Of a stretch of 64,000 bases of DNA, positions 28,415 through 39,025 are shown one piece after another (the stretch's first letter is position 1; the number at the start of each line of letters is the position of its first letter). This DNA is from Rhizobium sp. Q54 (GTDB lineage: Bacteria > Pseudomonadota > Alphaproteobacteria > ATCC43930 > CGMCC-115725): the NCBI GenBank assembly GCA_945861155.1, contig CAMATN010000004.1, positions 3,237 to 67,236 on the forward strand, given 5' to 3'. The notes under the pieces are model-generated. The model worked only from the letters and a program-made list of their open reading frames with translations. It was not told where the DNA came from and did not search any database. The position numbers and the translations under genes are program-made.

Positions 28415-29368
28415 TCAGCGGTTGAGCCAGCGGCGCGCGAAGCCGAGCAGGCCCTGCGGCATGAAGATGACCATCGCGATAAAGATGATGCCGACCGGGA
28501 TCAGGTAGAACTCGGTGAAAAACCGCGACAGCACCTCGCGCAGCAGCAGAAAAAACGCGGCGCCGACGATCGGACCCACGAGGGTGCCGATGCCGCCGAT
28601 CACGTTGAAGATGACGACCTCGCCCGACACGAGGAAAAACACGAAATCGGGGGAGGCAAAGCGGTTCTGGACCGCGTAGAGAACCCCGGCGAGGCCGGCG
28701 AACAGCCCCGACAGCATCACCGCGACGATCTTGTAGCGCTCGATCGGGTAGCCGATCGCGCGGGTGCGCGCCTCGTTCTCGCGGATCGATTGCAGCACCA
28801 TGCCAAACGGCGACTGGGTGATGCGGCGCAGGATCAGATAGGACAGCACAACGACCGCGAGCACGAACCAGTGCAGCGTTTCGGTGGTGAACGGGACCGA
28901 GAACAGGCCGGGGAAATCGAGCCGCGGGCGGCTGAAGGTCAGCCCGTTCTCGCCGCCGGTCACCTCGGTCCAGGTGAAGATGATGACATAAAATATCTGC
29001 GAGAAGATCAACGTTGTGATCGCGAAATAGATGTCGCGCAGCCGCGTCGAGAAATAGGCGACACAAGCAGCCACCGCCGCCGACGCGACGAGCCCATAGG
29101 GCAGCGCAACCCACAGGCTCGGCGGGCTGACGGTCAACAGCGCCGCCGCCGCGCCATACATGCCGAGCCCGAAAAACGCCGAATGGCCGAACGAAACGAG
29201 CCCGACATAGCCGATCAGGATGTCCGACGACATCGCCAAGAGGCCCCAGATCAGGATCTCGGTCAGGAATCCGGCCCAGAACTTGGGCAGACCCAGCGGC
29301 GCGACGGCGAGCAATGCGACGATAGCGCAGAACCCGGCCCAGAACAGGACGGAGTGACGGATTCTCAT
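28415..29368 (-). CDS. Branched-chain amino acid-type ABC permease (LivM-like)
   Basis: GYVGLVSFGHSAFFG, TGGENG, IRENE. Confidence 0.9.
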   Translation of the reverse strand: MRIRHSVLFWAGFCAIVALLAVAPLGLPKFWAGFLTEILIWGLLAMSSDILIGYVGLVSFGHSAFFGLGMYGAAAALLTVSPPSLWVALPYGLVASAAVAACVAYFSTRLRDIYFAITTLIFSQIFYVIIFTWTEVTGGENGLTFSRPRLDFPGLFSVPFTTETLHWFVLAVVVLSYLILRRITQSPFGMVLQSIRENEARTRAIGYPIERYKIVAVMLSGLFAGLAGVLYAVQNRFASPDFVFFLVSGEVVIFNVIGGIGTLVGPIVGAAFFLLLREVLSRFFTEFYLIPVGIIFIAMVIFMPQGLLGFARRWLNR

Positions 29369-30258
29369 TTCGGAGTCGGCACAAAGAGGCCGGTCGGCCG
29401 AAACAACAGGGTCAGGATCAGCACGACAAACGACACGATGACCGCCTGGGAGGGGGGCACAAACAGCGAGGCGTAGGCTTCCAACAGACTGATGAAGATC
29501 GCGGCGAGGATCGAGCCGCCGAGATTGCCCATGCCGCCGACCACGACGACGATAAAGGCCCTCAACACCCAATCGAGCCCCATCGCGTGGTTGACCCCGA
29601 CCAGCGGTCCGAACAAGACGCCGCTTGCCGCGGCCATGCCGGCGCCGATCGCGAACACCGCGGTCAGCACCCAGGGCACCGGGATGCCCATCGCCTCGGC
29701 CATGACCCGGTCCTGCGTCGTCGCGCGGATCCAGATCCCGTAAGTGCCGAATTTCAGGAACAGCCACAGCGCCGCGATGATCGCCGCCGCGAGGCCCGCG
29801 ATGACCAGCCGATACCACGGGTATTGCAGGTAGAAGAACGCGAACTGCCCGGTGAACGGCTCCTGTATCTTGCGCGCCACCGGGCCGAACTGCCACAGCG
29901 CGTAATTCTGTAAGACCAGCGAGAGGCCGAACGTCGCCAGGATCGTCGTCAGCGGATCGCGCCCGATCAGCGGGCGCAGCGTCGTCAGGTGGATAACAGC
30001 GCCGAGCAGCGCGATCAGCAAGGAGGCGCAAACCAGCGCGACCCAGAAATTGCCGGTCGCCGCCAAGGTCAGCACGCCAACATAAGCGCCGAGCATGAAC
30101 AATTCGCCATGCGCGAAATTGACCACGTCCATGATGCCGAAGATCAAGGTCAACCCCGAGGCGACCAGCGCCAGGATCATGCCGGTAACGATGCCGTTGA
30201 CCGTCTGGATTAGCAGCTGGTCGAACGGAATCGCGGCAAAGAACGCGTCGAGCCCCAC
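29365..30258 (-). CDS. Branched-chain amino acid-type ABC permease (LivH-like)
   Basis: GLTLIFGIMDVVNFAHGE, VVGGMGN. Confidence 0.9.
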   Translation of the reverse strand: MGLDAFFAAIPFDQLLIQTVNGIVTGMILALVASGLTLIFGIMDVVNFAHGELFMLGAYVGVLTLAATGNFWVALVCASLLIALLGAVIHLTTLRPLIGRDPLTTILATFGLSLVLQNYALWQFGPVARKIQEPFTGQFAFFYLQYPWYRLVIAGLAAAIIAALWLFLKFGTYGIWIRATTQDRVMAEAMGIPVPWVLTAVFAIGAGMAAASGVLFGPLVGVNHAMGLDWVLRAFIVVVVGGMGNLGGSILAAIFISLLEAYASLFVPPSQAVIVSFVVLILTLLFRPTGLFVPTPK

Positions 30259-30259
30259 C

Positions 30260-30976
<717 letters not shown>

Positions 30977-31095
30977 CGGCAACCCGCTAGAACCGTCGTC
31001 GGCGGCAACATGCGTGCGGAACGTCGTCCCCAGTGCGGCATCAGATTGCTTTGCTTTCGCTCGCAATGTTCGAGGCTGAATCCGGTGTTCTTGAC

Positions 31096-32055
31096 TTACC
31101 GGACCGCCACCGGAGAGACGGTCGAGCCCGTCCCGCCCTGGATCTTGAGCGGCTGCATGATGAAGGCGAATTCGTGGACGTTTTTGGCGGCCGCCTCATC
31201 GAGCTTCAGGTTCTCCAGCAGATGCACCCCGTTGACGACCAGCGCGATCTAGTGGACCGGCGCCGATAACGCCGGATCGGGGTTCGGGGTTACCTCCACC
31301 GGGAAGGTGTCCGAGCCCAACAGGATCGGATCCTTCGCGATCAGCCACTCGGCAGCCTTGACGCCGATGCCGGGGGCGGACTTGGTGTAGCGCGCGTTAT
31401 CCTTGCCGTACAGCTTGCCCCGGCCGGTGTGGATGATGATCGCGTCGCCCGGCTGCAAGGTGAGGTTTTGCTTCTTCAGTGCCCCCTCGAGATCCGCGAC
31501 CGTAATCTCGTAAGTGTCGTCGAGCATTTCGACGCCCTTCAATCCGGCGACGTCGATCAATACGCCGCGGGTGATGAAGGTCCCGACCTTGTCAATGCCG
31601 AGCTTGGTGAAACCCGTGCGGGTCCCGATCTCACTGACCTTGAAACAGTTGTATAGACTGTCGCGGTGGGTCTGGTGGGCAAAGCCATCGAGCTGCGTGC
31701 CGACCTGCCCGATCTCGGAGACGACGAGCTCCTCGTTGCTGCCGCGCTCGTTTGACGCGGTGTTCATGAACGTCCGCTTGACGTGCACATCGAAACGCCT
31801 GGTGCCGAAGAACGGCATCGCGCCGCTCAGCGGGTGAGCGAGCTCGGTCGCCTCGCCGGTCTTGATCAGTTTTATGGCGTTGAGCACGGTCTGCGGCTTC
31901 ATGTGGTTGCCCGAGCCCCGCTCGTCGCCCGCTCCCCACTTGGAAGGGCAGCGCACGCTGTCTGGCGGCGGCGACCACGACGGCGCCTGAGCTGCCGCCG
32001 GCATGACACCCAGCAGCAAGACCGAAACGGCGAAAGTGAATGCGATCGGTTTCAT
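31096..32055 (-). pseudogene. Cyclase/kynurenine formamidase-family protein with an in-frame TAG at 31249-31251
   Basis: GQVGTQLDGFAH motif; after the TAG the frame continues IALVVNGVHLLENL...PLKIQGGTGSTVSPVAVR to TAA at 31096. Confidence 0.85.
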
Positions 32056-32120
32056 TGATCCCTCCCTACCTCGCATATTGCATGCGCGTGCGTCCCACGT
32101 CGCCTTTGCGGCGATTACCC

Positions 32121-32915
32121 TCATGTCTTCAGATAAACCTCCAGCACACGCGGGTTCTGCTGGATCTCCGCCGGGGTTCCCTCGGCCAGGATCTCGCCGT
32201 AATGGAGCACGGTGATGCGGTGCGCCAGCTCCATCACGACGTGCATGTCGTGCTCGACAATCAGGATGGTCAGGTTGCGGGCGATCTGGCGCACCAGCGC
32301 CATCGTCTCGCGCGTTTCGGCGGCGCTCATCCCGGCGGTCGGCTCGTCGAGGCACAGGAGCTGCGGTTCGGTCGCCAGCGCGATGCCGATCTCCAAATTG
32401 CGCTGCTCGCCATGCGACAGATTGGCGGCCAGCTCGTCGGCCTTATCCGCCAACCTGACCTCCTGCAACACCGCCTGGGCCTTGTCGATGATGTCGCGAT
32501 AGGCGCGGTGGTGGGTCAGCATGCTCCAGGCGTGGCGGCGCGACTGGGCGGCGATGCGGACGTTTTCGAGGACGCTCGCATTGGGCAGGATGTTGGTGAT
32601 CTGGTACGAGCGGGCGATGCCCTTTTGCGAGATCCGGTTGGGCGGCAGGCCGGCGATCTCCTCGCCGTTGAATAGAACGTGCCCGGAGGTCGGCTTCAGC
32701 ACGCCGGTCAGGCAGTTGAAAAAGGTGCTCTTGCCGGCGCCGTTCGGGCCGATCACGGCGCGAATTTCGCCGCGCTGAACCGCGAAATCGACGCTGTTGA
32801 GCGCGGTCAGCCCGCCAAAGCGGATGGTCAGCCCCCGGGTGCGCAGGATCGGCTCGGCAGCGTCGCCGGGCGCGGTACTCGCAGGAGAGGCTTCGGCCAA
32901 AGGTTCGACAGGCAC
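32121..32915 (-). CDS. ABC ATP-binding protein (LivG-like)
   Basis: GPNGAGKST, LDEPTAGM, VEHDM. Confidence 0.9.
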   Translation of the reverse strand: MPVEPLAEASPASTAPGDAAEPILRTRGLTIRFGGLTALNSVDFAVQRGEIRAVIGPNGAGKSTFFNCLTGVLKPTSGHVLFNGEEIAGLPPNRISQKGIARSYQITNILPNASVLENVRIAAQSRRHAWSMLTHHRAYRDIIDKAQAVLQEVRLADKADELAANLSHGEQRNLEIGIALATEPQLLCLDEPTAGMSAAETRETMALVRQIARNLTILIVEHDMHVVMELAHRITVLHYGEILAEGTPAEIQQNPRVLEVYLKT

Positions 32916-32929
32916 GGGTGATCCCTACC

Positions 32930-33046
32930 GCTGTCGTCCCGTGGGCCTTCAGCCCACGGACTTGTTCCGTGGGGAAAGCCGGGACCCATTCATCGACCGC
33001 TCGACCGGGTGGCGGGATGGGTCCCGGCTTTCGCCGGGACGACAGC
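32930..33046. repeat. REP-like palindromic element
   Basis: GCTGTCGTCCC...GAAAGCCGGGACCCAT / ATGGGTCCCGGCTTTC...GGGACGACAGC. Confidence 0.8.
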
Positions 33047-33059
33047 TCATGTTAAAAAT

Positions 33060-34337
33060 TCAGACGAATTTGCAGGCCGGCGGGAAGACCGTCTTTTCTT
33101 TCGGGACGATTTCGAGGATCCGATACTTGCCGTCGCGGATTTCGTAGATGAACTCGCGGATGAAGGCTTGGTGATCCTCCTTGCGCAGGGTCTTGTCGCC
33201 TTGCGGGAAATCGTCGCCCTCCTTCATCTCCAGCCCTTCGAGGGCGGCGATCAATTTGTCGGTGTCGGCGCGGCCCTGAAAGCCCGATTTCTGGATGCCG
33301 AGCTTCAAGGCGTTCATCGCCTCGAAATTCGATTGGACGTAGCGGTCGGGGACCGTCGCGTTCGGATCGACCGCCTTGAGCCGGGCCGAGGCGTCATCAA
33401 AAAACTTCTTGTGGTGCGGCGTGTCGAGCGGCCCTTCGAGCAGCGGCACGTAGCGGTTGATGCCGACAAACCCCTCGATCTTGTTGCCGAGCGCCGGCAA
33501 ATTGGTGCTCTCGGCGAGCGCGCCGTCGCCGGCGAATTTGTATTTCTTGGTCAAGCCGAGATCGAACGCCTGATTGCCGATTGTCACCCCGTCCTTGCCG
33601 AAAAAGATGCCGAACAAGCCGTCGAAATCGCCGGTGATCTTGGACAGAAACGGCGTCATGTCGGCCGTGCCGATCGGGATGCCGGTGGTGCCGACGACCG
33701 TGCCGCCAGCCTTCTTGATCTGCTCGGCATAGGCGTCGCGGGTCGACTGGCCCCAGGCGTAGTCGGCAAACGCGATGTGCCACTTCTTGCCGATCTTGTT
33801 GACCAGATACGGCGCGAACGCCACCGCTTGCGCCGGCGCATAGTCGAACGGCCGGAAAGTGTAACGGCTGCACTTCGTCGTCGTCATCGTCGTGTCGAGG
33901 CAGACGCCGACCATGTTGACGATCTTGTGTTCCTCCCAGACCGGCATGCAGGCCAGGCACACATTCGAGAGGACGCCGCCGACATGGGCATCGATATTGT
34001 CCTCGACGGCCAATTTTTCGGCTTTGCGCCGGCCGACATCGGGCTTGGATTCGTAATCGGCGACAATCAGCTCGATCATCCGGCCGTTGATGCCGCCCGA
34101 TTTGTTGATGCGGTCGGTCGCCATCTGGACCCCGACCAGCGCCGTCTTGCCGATGATCGCGGCGGCGCCCGACAACGGCTGCAGCGTGCCGATCCGATAG
34201 GGCTTGGCGGCTTGCGCCAGCGCCACCCGCAACGGCAGTGGCGCCAGCAGCGTCCCGCCCAGCACCGCGGCGCTATTCGCCAGAACCCGGCGCCGCGTGA
34301 TGATTCCTCGCCCGTTCTGGGCTGTGTTGTGCGCCAT
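33060..34337 (-). CDS. Liv-type ABC substrate-binding protein with Tat-like signal
   Basis: TRRRVL signal, IGTLQPLSG, INKSGGINGR, DYAWGQS. Confidence 0.9.
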   Translation of the reverse strand: MAHNTAQNGRGIITRRRVLANSAAVLGGTLLAPLPLRVALAQAAKPYRIGTLQPLSGAAAIIGKTALVGVQMATDRINKSGGINGRMIELIVADYESKPDVGRRKAEKLAVEDNIDAHVGGVLSNVCLACMPVWEEHKIVNMVGVCLDTTMTTTKCSRYTFRPFDYAPAQAVAFAPYLVNKIGKKWHIAFADYAWGQSTRDAYAEQIKKAGGTVVGTTGIPIGTADMTPFLSKITGDFDGLFGIFFGKDGVTIGNQAFDLGLTKKYKFAGDGALAESTNLPALGNKIEGFVGINRYVPLLEGPLDTPHHKKFFDDASARLKAVDPNATVPDRYVQSNFEAMNALKLGIQKSGFQGRADTDKLIAALEGLEMKEGDDFPQGDKTLRKEDHQAFIREFIYEIRDGKYRILEIVPKEKTVFPPACKFV

Positions 34338-34373
34338 CTCACCCCTCCCCATTTGTTCGTTGTCGCGGGAGCC

Positions 34374-35867
34374 CTAGGCCGGCCTCGCAACATAGCCGTA
34401 GCGCAGATTGCTGCGGCCCGGGCCGTTCGCGACGTAATCGGCCTTCAGCTCGGCAAAGCGGTCGGTCCGGGTCAGCTCGGCCTGCTTTTCGAGCCCGTAG
34501 AGCCGCGCCGAGTTGCCGCTGAAAATCGCGGTCTTGACCGGCCCGTCGGCGGCGCCCAGCGGCTTGAAGCCGTATTTCTTCTGCATCTCCGCGGGGATTT
34601 CGAGGCGGCGCAGGCCTTCGATCTGCCATTGCGGCGCGCCGGTCCACACCGCATCGGTCCCCCACAGGACGCGGTCGGGGCCGAGCCCCTTGACCAACAT
34701 GCCCATCAACGCCGCGGCGAGACGCGGCTCGGCAACGGTCGTCCAGGCGAAGATCTGCCCGAGATCGCCATAGACGTTGGTGACCCCGTATTTCTCCGGA
34801 ATCTCGGCGAGGTCGCTCGTCCACGAGCTGCGCCCGGTCTGGTCGAACTCCGCCATGCCCTCGGACGGCTTGGCGCCGACCCAGCGATAGGCCGAGTGGT
34901 AGATCAGGAAATTGAGCTGCGGCCAGTCCTTCGCCGCCTTGCCGACGTCGCGAACATCGGCATAGGGGCGCAGCCGCGCAAAGCGCTCTTCGGTCGCTGG
35001 CGCGAACAGCCCCTTGTGGATGCAGACGTTGCGAATGCCCGACTTCACCGCCTTCTCATAGAACGGGTACATCAGTTTTTCGTCGTCCGCATGCCAGGGG
35101 TGGGCCAACTCCTTGTTGGTGTTGTCGCCGACGGTGTAGCCCTTCCACGAATCCGGCTTAAAACGCTCGACAGCCTCGTCGACCTGGTCCAACCAGCCCG
35201 GCCGGCCCGGAGTGATTGTGAAATGGGCCAGCATGCGCCGATTGCCCGCGTTCCGGTTTACCTCTTCGCGGGTCTTGAACACCTGCTCCTGCGGGATGAA
35301 CCAGTCCTGGGGCACCTCTGACGCCGAGTTCGACAACAGCGCCACCTTGGTGTCGCTGTCCATGTATATCTCTTTGATATAATTGTCAAATTTCAAATCT
35401 TCGATGGTCTGTTCCTTGTCGGCCAGGGCCTTGTTCCAGCCCCATTTGCCGACATTCTCGCGCCCCCGGACGAAATTCGTTCGTGTGGTGTCGTCGCGCA
35501 GGAAATGGGTGTGCCCGTCGATCACCATCTGCCCCGAAAGCGCCTGGGCGCGCTGCTCGGCCAGTTCGGGGGTCGCCGCTTCGGCGATGCTGGCCTCGAA
35601 CACGCGGCCAAACACCTGGTTCAGCGCTACGAACGAGGCGGCCATGCCGGCGGCGGTCTGAAAGAAGCGCCGGCGCGACAGCCCCTGGCGTTTCGCGAGG
35701 GCGTCGCTCATTTCCGTCAGCCTGGCCTCGACCTCGCGCTGTCGCGCGGTCTGCGGGACCGGCAAATATTCGTCGCTCGAGACGATCTGGGTCGGCACCG
35801 GCGACGGAAACGATGCGGTTTCGGCCGGCAGCAACCCGGCCAGTTGTTTCTCGGTCAGGAATTTCAT
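34374..35867 (-). CDS. Amidohydrolase_2-family protein
   Basis: IDGHTH, CIHKG, IYHS, LWGTD. Confidence 0.88.
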   Translation of the reverse strand: MKFLTEKQLAGLLPAETASFPSPVPTQIVSSDEYLPVPQTARQREVEARLTEMSDALAKRQGLSRRRFFQTAAGMAASFVALNQVFGRVFEASIAEAATPELAEQRAQALSGQMVIDGHTHFLRDDTTRTNFVRGRENVGKWGWNKALADKEQTIEDLKFDNYIKEIYMDSDTKVALLSNSASEVPQDWFIPQEQVFKTREEVNRNAGNRRMLAHFTITPGRPGWLDQVDEAVERFKPDSWKGYTVGDNTNKELAHPWHADDEKLMYPFYEKAVKSGIRNVCIHKGLFAPATEERFARLRPYADVRDVGKAAKDWPQLNFLIYHSAYRWVGAKPSEGMAEFDQTGRSSWTSDLAEIPEKYGVTNVYGDLGQIFAWTTVAEPRLAAALMGMLVKGLGPDRVLWGTDAVWTGAPQWQIEGLRRLEIPAEMQKKYGFKPLGAADGPVKTAIFSGNSARLYGLEKQAELTRTDRFAELKADYVANGPGRSNLRYGYVARPA

Positions 35868-36034
35868 GAGCCCTCCCCCCGGCTGCGGCCCCAGCGTCAG
35901 CCCTGGCGCTTCACGCGCCTTACGGCAATCGTAACCCGATTGCCGGGCTGCCGGCCAGCGTCGTGTAACCGCGGAAATTCAGACCCTGAAGCACGATCGG
36001 GGGCGCATAGGCGTTAACTTTGGCGCCTCTCAAC

Positions 36035-36137
36035 TGTCATTCCGGGGCGCCGCGCAGCGGCGAACCCGGAATCCATATTCCAGAGGCCCGTGTTTATGGA
36101 TTCCGGGTTCCACCCTTCCGGCGGCCCCGGAATGACA
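36035..36137. repeat. REP-like palindromic element
   Basis: TGTCATTCCGGGG...CCCGGAATCCAT / ATGGATTCCGGG...CCCCGGAATGACA. Confidence 0.8.
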
Positions 36138-36167
36138 ATTAGATGGTTGACACACCATCCCGGTGCT

Positions 36168-36392
36168 TCAGCCCCGACGGCGCAGCCAGATGGCGGCGCT
36201 GCAGCCGAGGGCCAGTCCGGCGGCGAGCAGCAGCAGCGTCCGTCCGTAGTCGAACTCGCCCGCACCGACTCGGAACGATACCGGCTGGCTTGGGTTGGTG
36301 TCGCCCGAGGCAATTGCGGCGACGACTTCGGGCTCGGTTTCCGGGGTCGTCGCCGTCGAGGTCTGCGCGCGATCGGCGATGCTCTGGTCCAT
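36168..36392 (-). CDS. Small protein with C-terminal membrane anchor
   Basis: Hydrophobic helix followed by RRR at the C-terminus. Confidence 0.5.
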   Translation of the reverse strand: MDQSIADRAQTSTATTPETEPEVVAAIASGDTNPSQPVSFRVGAGEFDYGRTLLLLAAGLALGCSAAIWLRRRG

Positions 36393-36556
36393 GGCGATAT
36401 GTCCGTGGTTGCGTGGTGCCTATTCAACAGCGCCGGCCGGGATCGGTTCGCCTGATTCGTAACGCGGTCGCCCTGCGGTTGACGCCCCGCCCAACCAACC
36501 ATAGCCTCGGCGGCGCTCGGTCAGGGTCAGTCGATCAGGTTTAAGGAGTTGGGGCG

Positions 36557-37093
36557 ATGAAGGGTTGGCGGGTCGGTATGTTGGGAATTGTCTGCCTCGG
36601 CGCCGGCGCGGGGGCCGCTGCATCGGCGGAACTGCGCGCGGAAATGCGGCTGGCAACGGCCACCGGGTCGGGCGACGCTGTCGGTTCGCTCACGATCGCC
36701 GACAACCCGGCCGGCGCCGCGGTCACGACCTCGCTCAGCAAACTGCCCCCTGGCCTGCACGGCTTCCACGTCCATGAGAACGGGTCGTGCCAGCCAACCA
36801 CCCCGAGCGGCGGTCCGCCGGTCCCGGCCGGCGCCGCCGGCGGTCATTTCGACCCGCAGAAAGCCGCCAAGCACGCTGGCCCGCAAGGCGCCGGCCATCT
36901 CGGCGATCTGCCGGTGCTGCAGGTCGCGGCCGACGGCAGCGCGACTCAGAATTTGACCGCGCCGCTGATTAAGGATGTCGCGGCCTTGCGCGGCAAGGCG
37001 GTGGTTATCCATGCCGGCGGCGATAATTACAGCGACCAGCCCGCACCGCTCGGCGGCGGCGGCGCCCGCCTCGCCTGCGGAATCCTCCAATAG
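36557..37093 (+). CDS. sodC: Cu/Zn superoxide dismutase
   Basis: HGFHVHE, AGGHFDP, HLGDLP, IHAGGDNY, GGGARLACG. Confidence 0.95.
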   Translation: MKGWRVGMLGIVCLGAGAGAAASAELRAEMRLATATGSGDAVGSLTIADNPAGAAVTTSLSKLPPGLHGFHVHENGSCQPTTPSGGPPVPAGAAGGHFDPQKAAKHAGPQGAGHLGDLPVLQVAADGSATQNLTAPLIKDVAALRGKAVVIHAGGDNYSDQPAPLGGGGARLACGILQ

Positions 37094-37109
37094 ACGGGAT
37101 TGGCGCCTT

Positions 37110-38171
37110 CTATCGAGCGGGGGGTGGAAACAGCGCGAAGCATTTGTCGGAGTTGAAGATGTAGCTCTCGACATAGTCGATGATGACCGGCTCGCGGCCC
37201 AATGCGTGCATCGCACCGCCGAGGCACACCCAGTTCAGGAATTCCTGCTGGCCGGCATCCTCGATCTCCGCGGTCGAGAGATCCCGCCAGCGGGAGAGCT
37301 TGCCCGAGCACAATTCGTCGAAGCGGGCGCGGTCGCTGGCATTGTCGGGATAGAGGTAGTGGTTTTTCGGGGTCAGGAAGGCGTGCGACCAGCTTGACGA
37401 GGCGACCAGCGCCACCCGCCACGGGCTGTCGGCCAGCATCCGCGCTACCGCTCCGCCGATATCGAAGCAACGCCCCGGGTTGGGACCCGGCGGATCGACC
37501 AAATTGGGGTCGGCCTCGCCCGTCAGATGCGCGGTGCTGCCGCGCTTGGCGATGACCGACGAGCCGTAGCAGTTCACATGGAACGGCACGACCGGGTACG
37601 GAAACCCCTTCCGATCGTAATCGAGGTAGAGGATCGTATTGATAAAGGCATGCGGCAGCCCGTTCTCGTAGCGCATGCGGTAGGCGTAGCTGACATCGTA
37701 ATCGGCCTTGATCAGGCCGGCCGCGATGGTCGAGGCGGCGGTATGATGGCCCTTGGTATGAAAGACCGTGTCCTTCCCTTCGCCCCAGACATTGGCGTTG
37801 GCTCCGGCATAGCGCGCGTAGGGGCGCGACTCGATGCCGTCCAGCGCGAACAGGCAGAACGACGGCACCCCGTCCTCGCGGAAATTCTCATACTGGTCGT
37901 CGCCCCAGATCAGCACGAAATCGGGGTCGAACGCGTCGAGCGCCTCGCGCACCTTGCGGAACCCGCCAACGAGGCGCCGGCGGTGCTCGGTCGCCGCGGC
38001 GAGCGGATCGGCCCATTCGCGGCGCATCGGTTCGGGCCAGCGCGCCGGGTCCTTCAGCGCCGCCGGCACCTGGTCGCTGTTCAGCGTGCGGTCGAGAAGT
38101 CCGGCCATCTGCTGGTCCGGCTGGATCAGTCCCGGATAATGCGTGACGCCGATACCGAGAATGTCGCCCAT
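37110..38171 (-). CDS. Class III extradiol ring-cleavage dioxygenase (LigB/MhpB-like)
   Basis: GVTHYP, WGDDQYENF, PHAF, SSWSHAF. Confidence 0.82.
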   Translation of the reverse strand: MGDILGIGVTHYPGLIQPDQQMAGLLDRTLNSDQVPAALKDPARWPEPMRREWADPLAAATEHRRRLVGGFRKVREALDAFDPDFVLIWGDDQYENFREDGVPSFCLFALDGIESRPYARYAGANANVWGEGKDTVFHTKGHHTAASTIAAGLIKADYDVSYAYRMRYENGLPHAFINTILYLDYDRKGFPYPVVPFHVNCYGSSVIAKRGSTAHLTGEADPNLVDPPGPNPGRCFDIGGAVARMLADSPWRVALVASSSWSHAFLTPKNHYLYPDNASDRARFDELCSGKLSRWRDLSTAEIEDAGQQEFLNWVCLGGAMHALGREPVIIDYVESYIFNSDKCFALFPPPAR

Positions 38172-38344
38172 CGTGCCACTCCCTTGCTGGGCGGCGATCG
38201 GCCGCCAGTTTCAATGATTATACCAGATACCGCGCGCCTTTGTTATCTCGTCAAATCAGAACGGTCCGTTGAGAGTGGAAGCGGCTTGCTTAACCAGCCA
38301 CGTTTTTATATGTGACTATGGTAGATAACCATGGGCGGGCTGAG

Positions 38345-38593
38345 ATGGACAACGAGCTTCGCCGGATCACCGCGGCCGAGTTCAAGGCAAACTGCCTGCG
38401 GCTGATGGACGAGGTCGCGCAGCGGCGCACGCCAATCGTCATCACCAAGCGCGGGAAGCCGGTCGCCAAGCTGGTGCCGATAAACGAGGAGCCGATCGAC
38501 ATCTTCGGCCGCATGGCCGGAACGATAAAGATTTGCGGCGACATCATAGGCCCGCTCGATGTCGAGTGGACCGGCGATGCCGAGAACCTCTGA
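38345..38593 (+). CDS. Phd/YefM-family antitoxin
   Basis: AAEFKANCLRLMDEV...IVITKRGKPVAKLVP. Confidence 0.92.
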   Translation: MDNELRRITAAEFKANCLRLMDEVAQRRTPIVITKRGKPVAKLVPINEEPIDIFGRMAGTIKICGDIIGPLDVEWTGDAENL

Positions 38594-39014
38594 CGCACAA
38601 TCGCGGCCGCTTCTTCTCGACACTCACGTCTGGCTCTGGCTTGAAGCCGGCAGCGATGAGCTGTCTCCAGGCACTCGCGGCGCAATCAGCGGCGCGCTCG
38701 GCGCCGGTCTGCTCCGTATTGCGGCGATTTCGCTCTGGGAACTCGCATTATTGGCATCGCACGGGCGCGTCGTCTTGGGAAAGCCAACAAATCTGTGGCT
38801 CGAAGCGGCTTTGGCCGAGCCCGGTCCGGTCGTCGAACCGCTCAGCGCGCGCGTAGCGATCGAAACCTATGATTTACCAGGCGACTTTCATCGCGATCCG
38901 GCTGACCGAATGATCGTCGCGACCGCACGCGTGACCAACGCGATCTTGATGACGCGGGATCGGCAGATTTTGGCTTACTCCGAACTTGGCCACCTGACTG
39001 CAATAGCCGCGTGA
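38577..39014 (+). CDS. vapC: VapC PIN-domain toxin
   Basis: LLLDTHVWLW, ISLWE, HRDPADRMIVATA, TRD. Confidence 0.92.
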   Translation: MPRTSDAQSRPLLLDTHVWLWLEAGSDELSPGTRGAISGALGAGLLRIAAISLWELALLASHGRVVLGKPTNLWLEAALAEPGPVVEPLSARVAIETYDLPGDFHRDPADRMIVATARVTNAILMTRDRQILAYSELGHLTAIAA

Positions 39015-39025
39015 CAACGCGCTAA

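Noticed and set aside
29369..30031. Long N-terminal extension of the LivM-like ORF
   Set aside because: Overlaps livH in another frame; ATG at 29368 gives normal coupling
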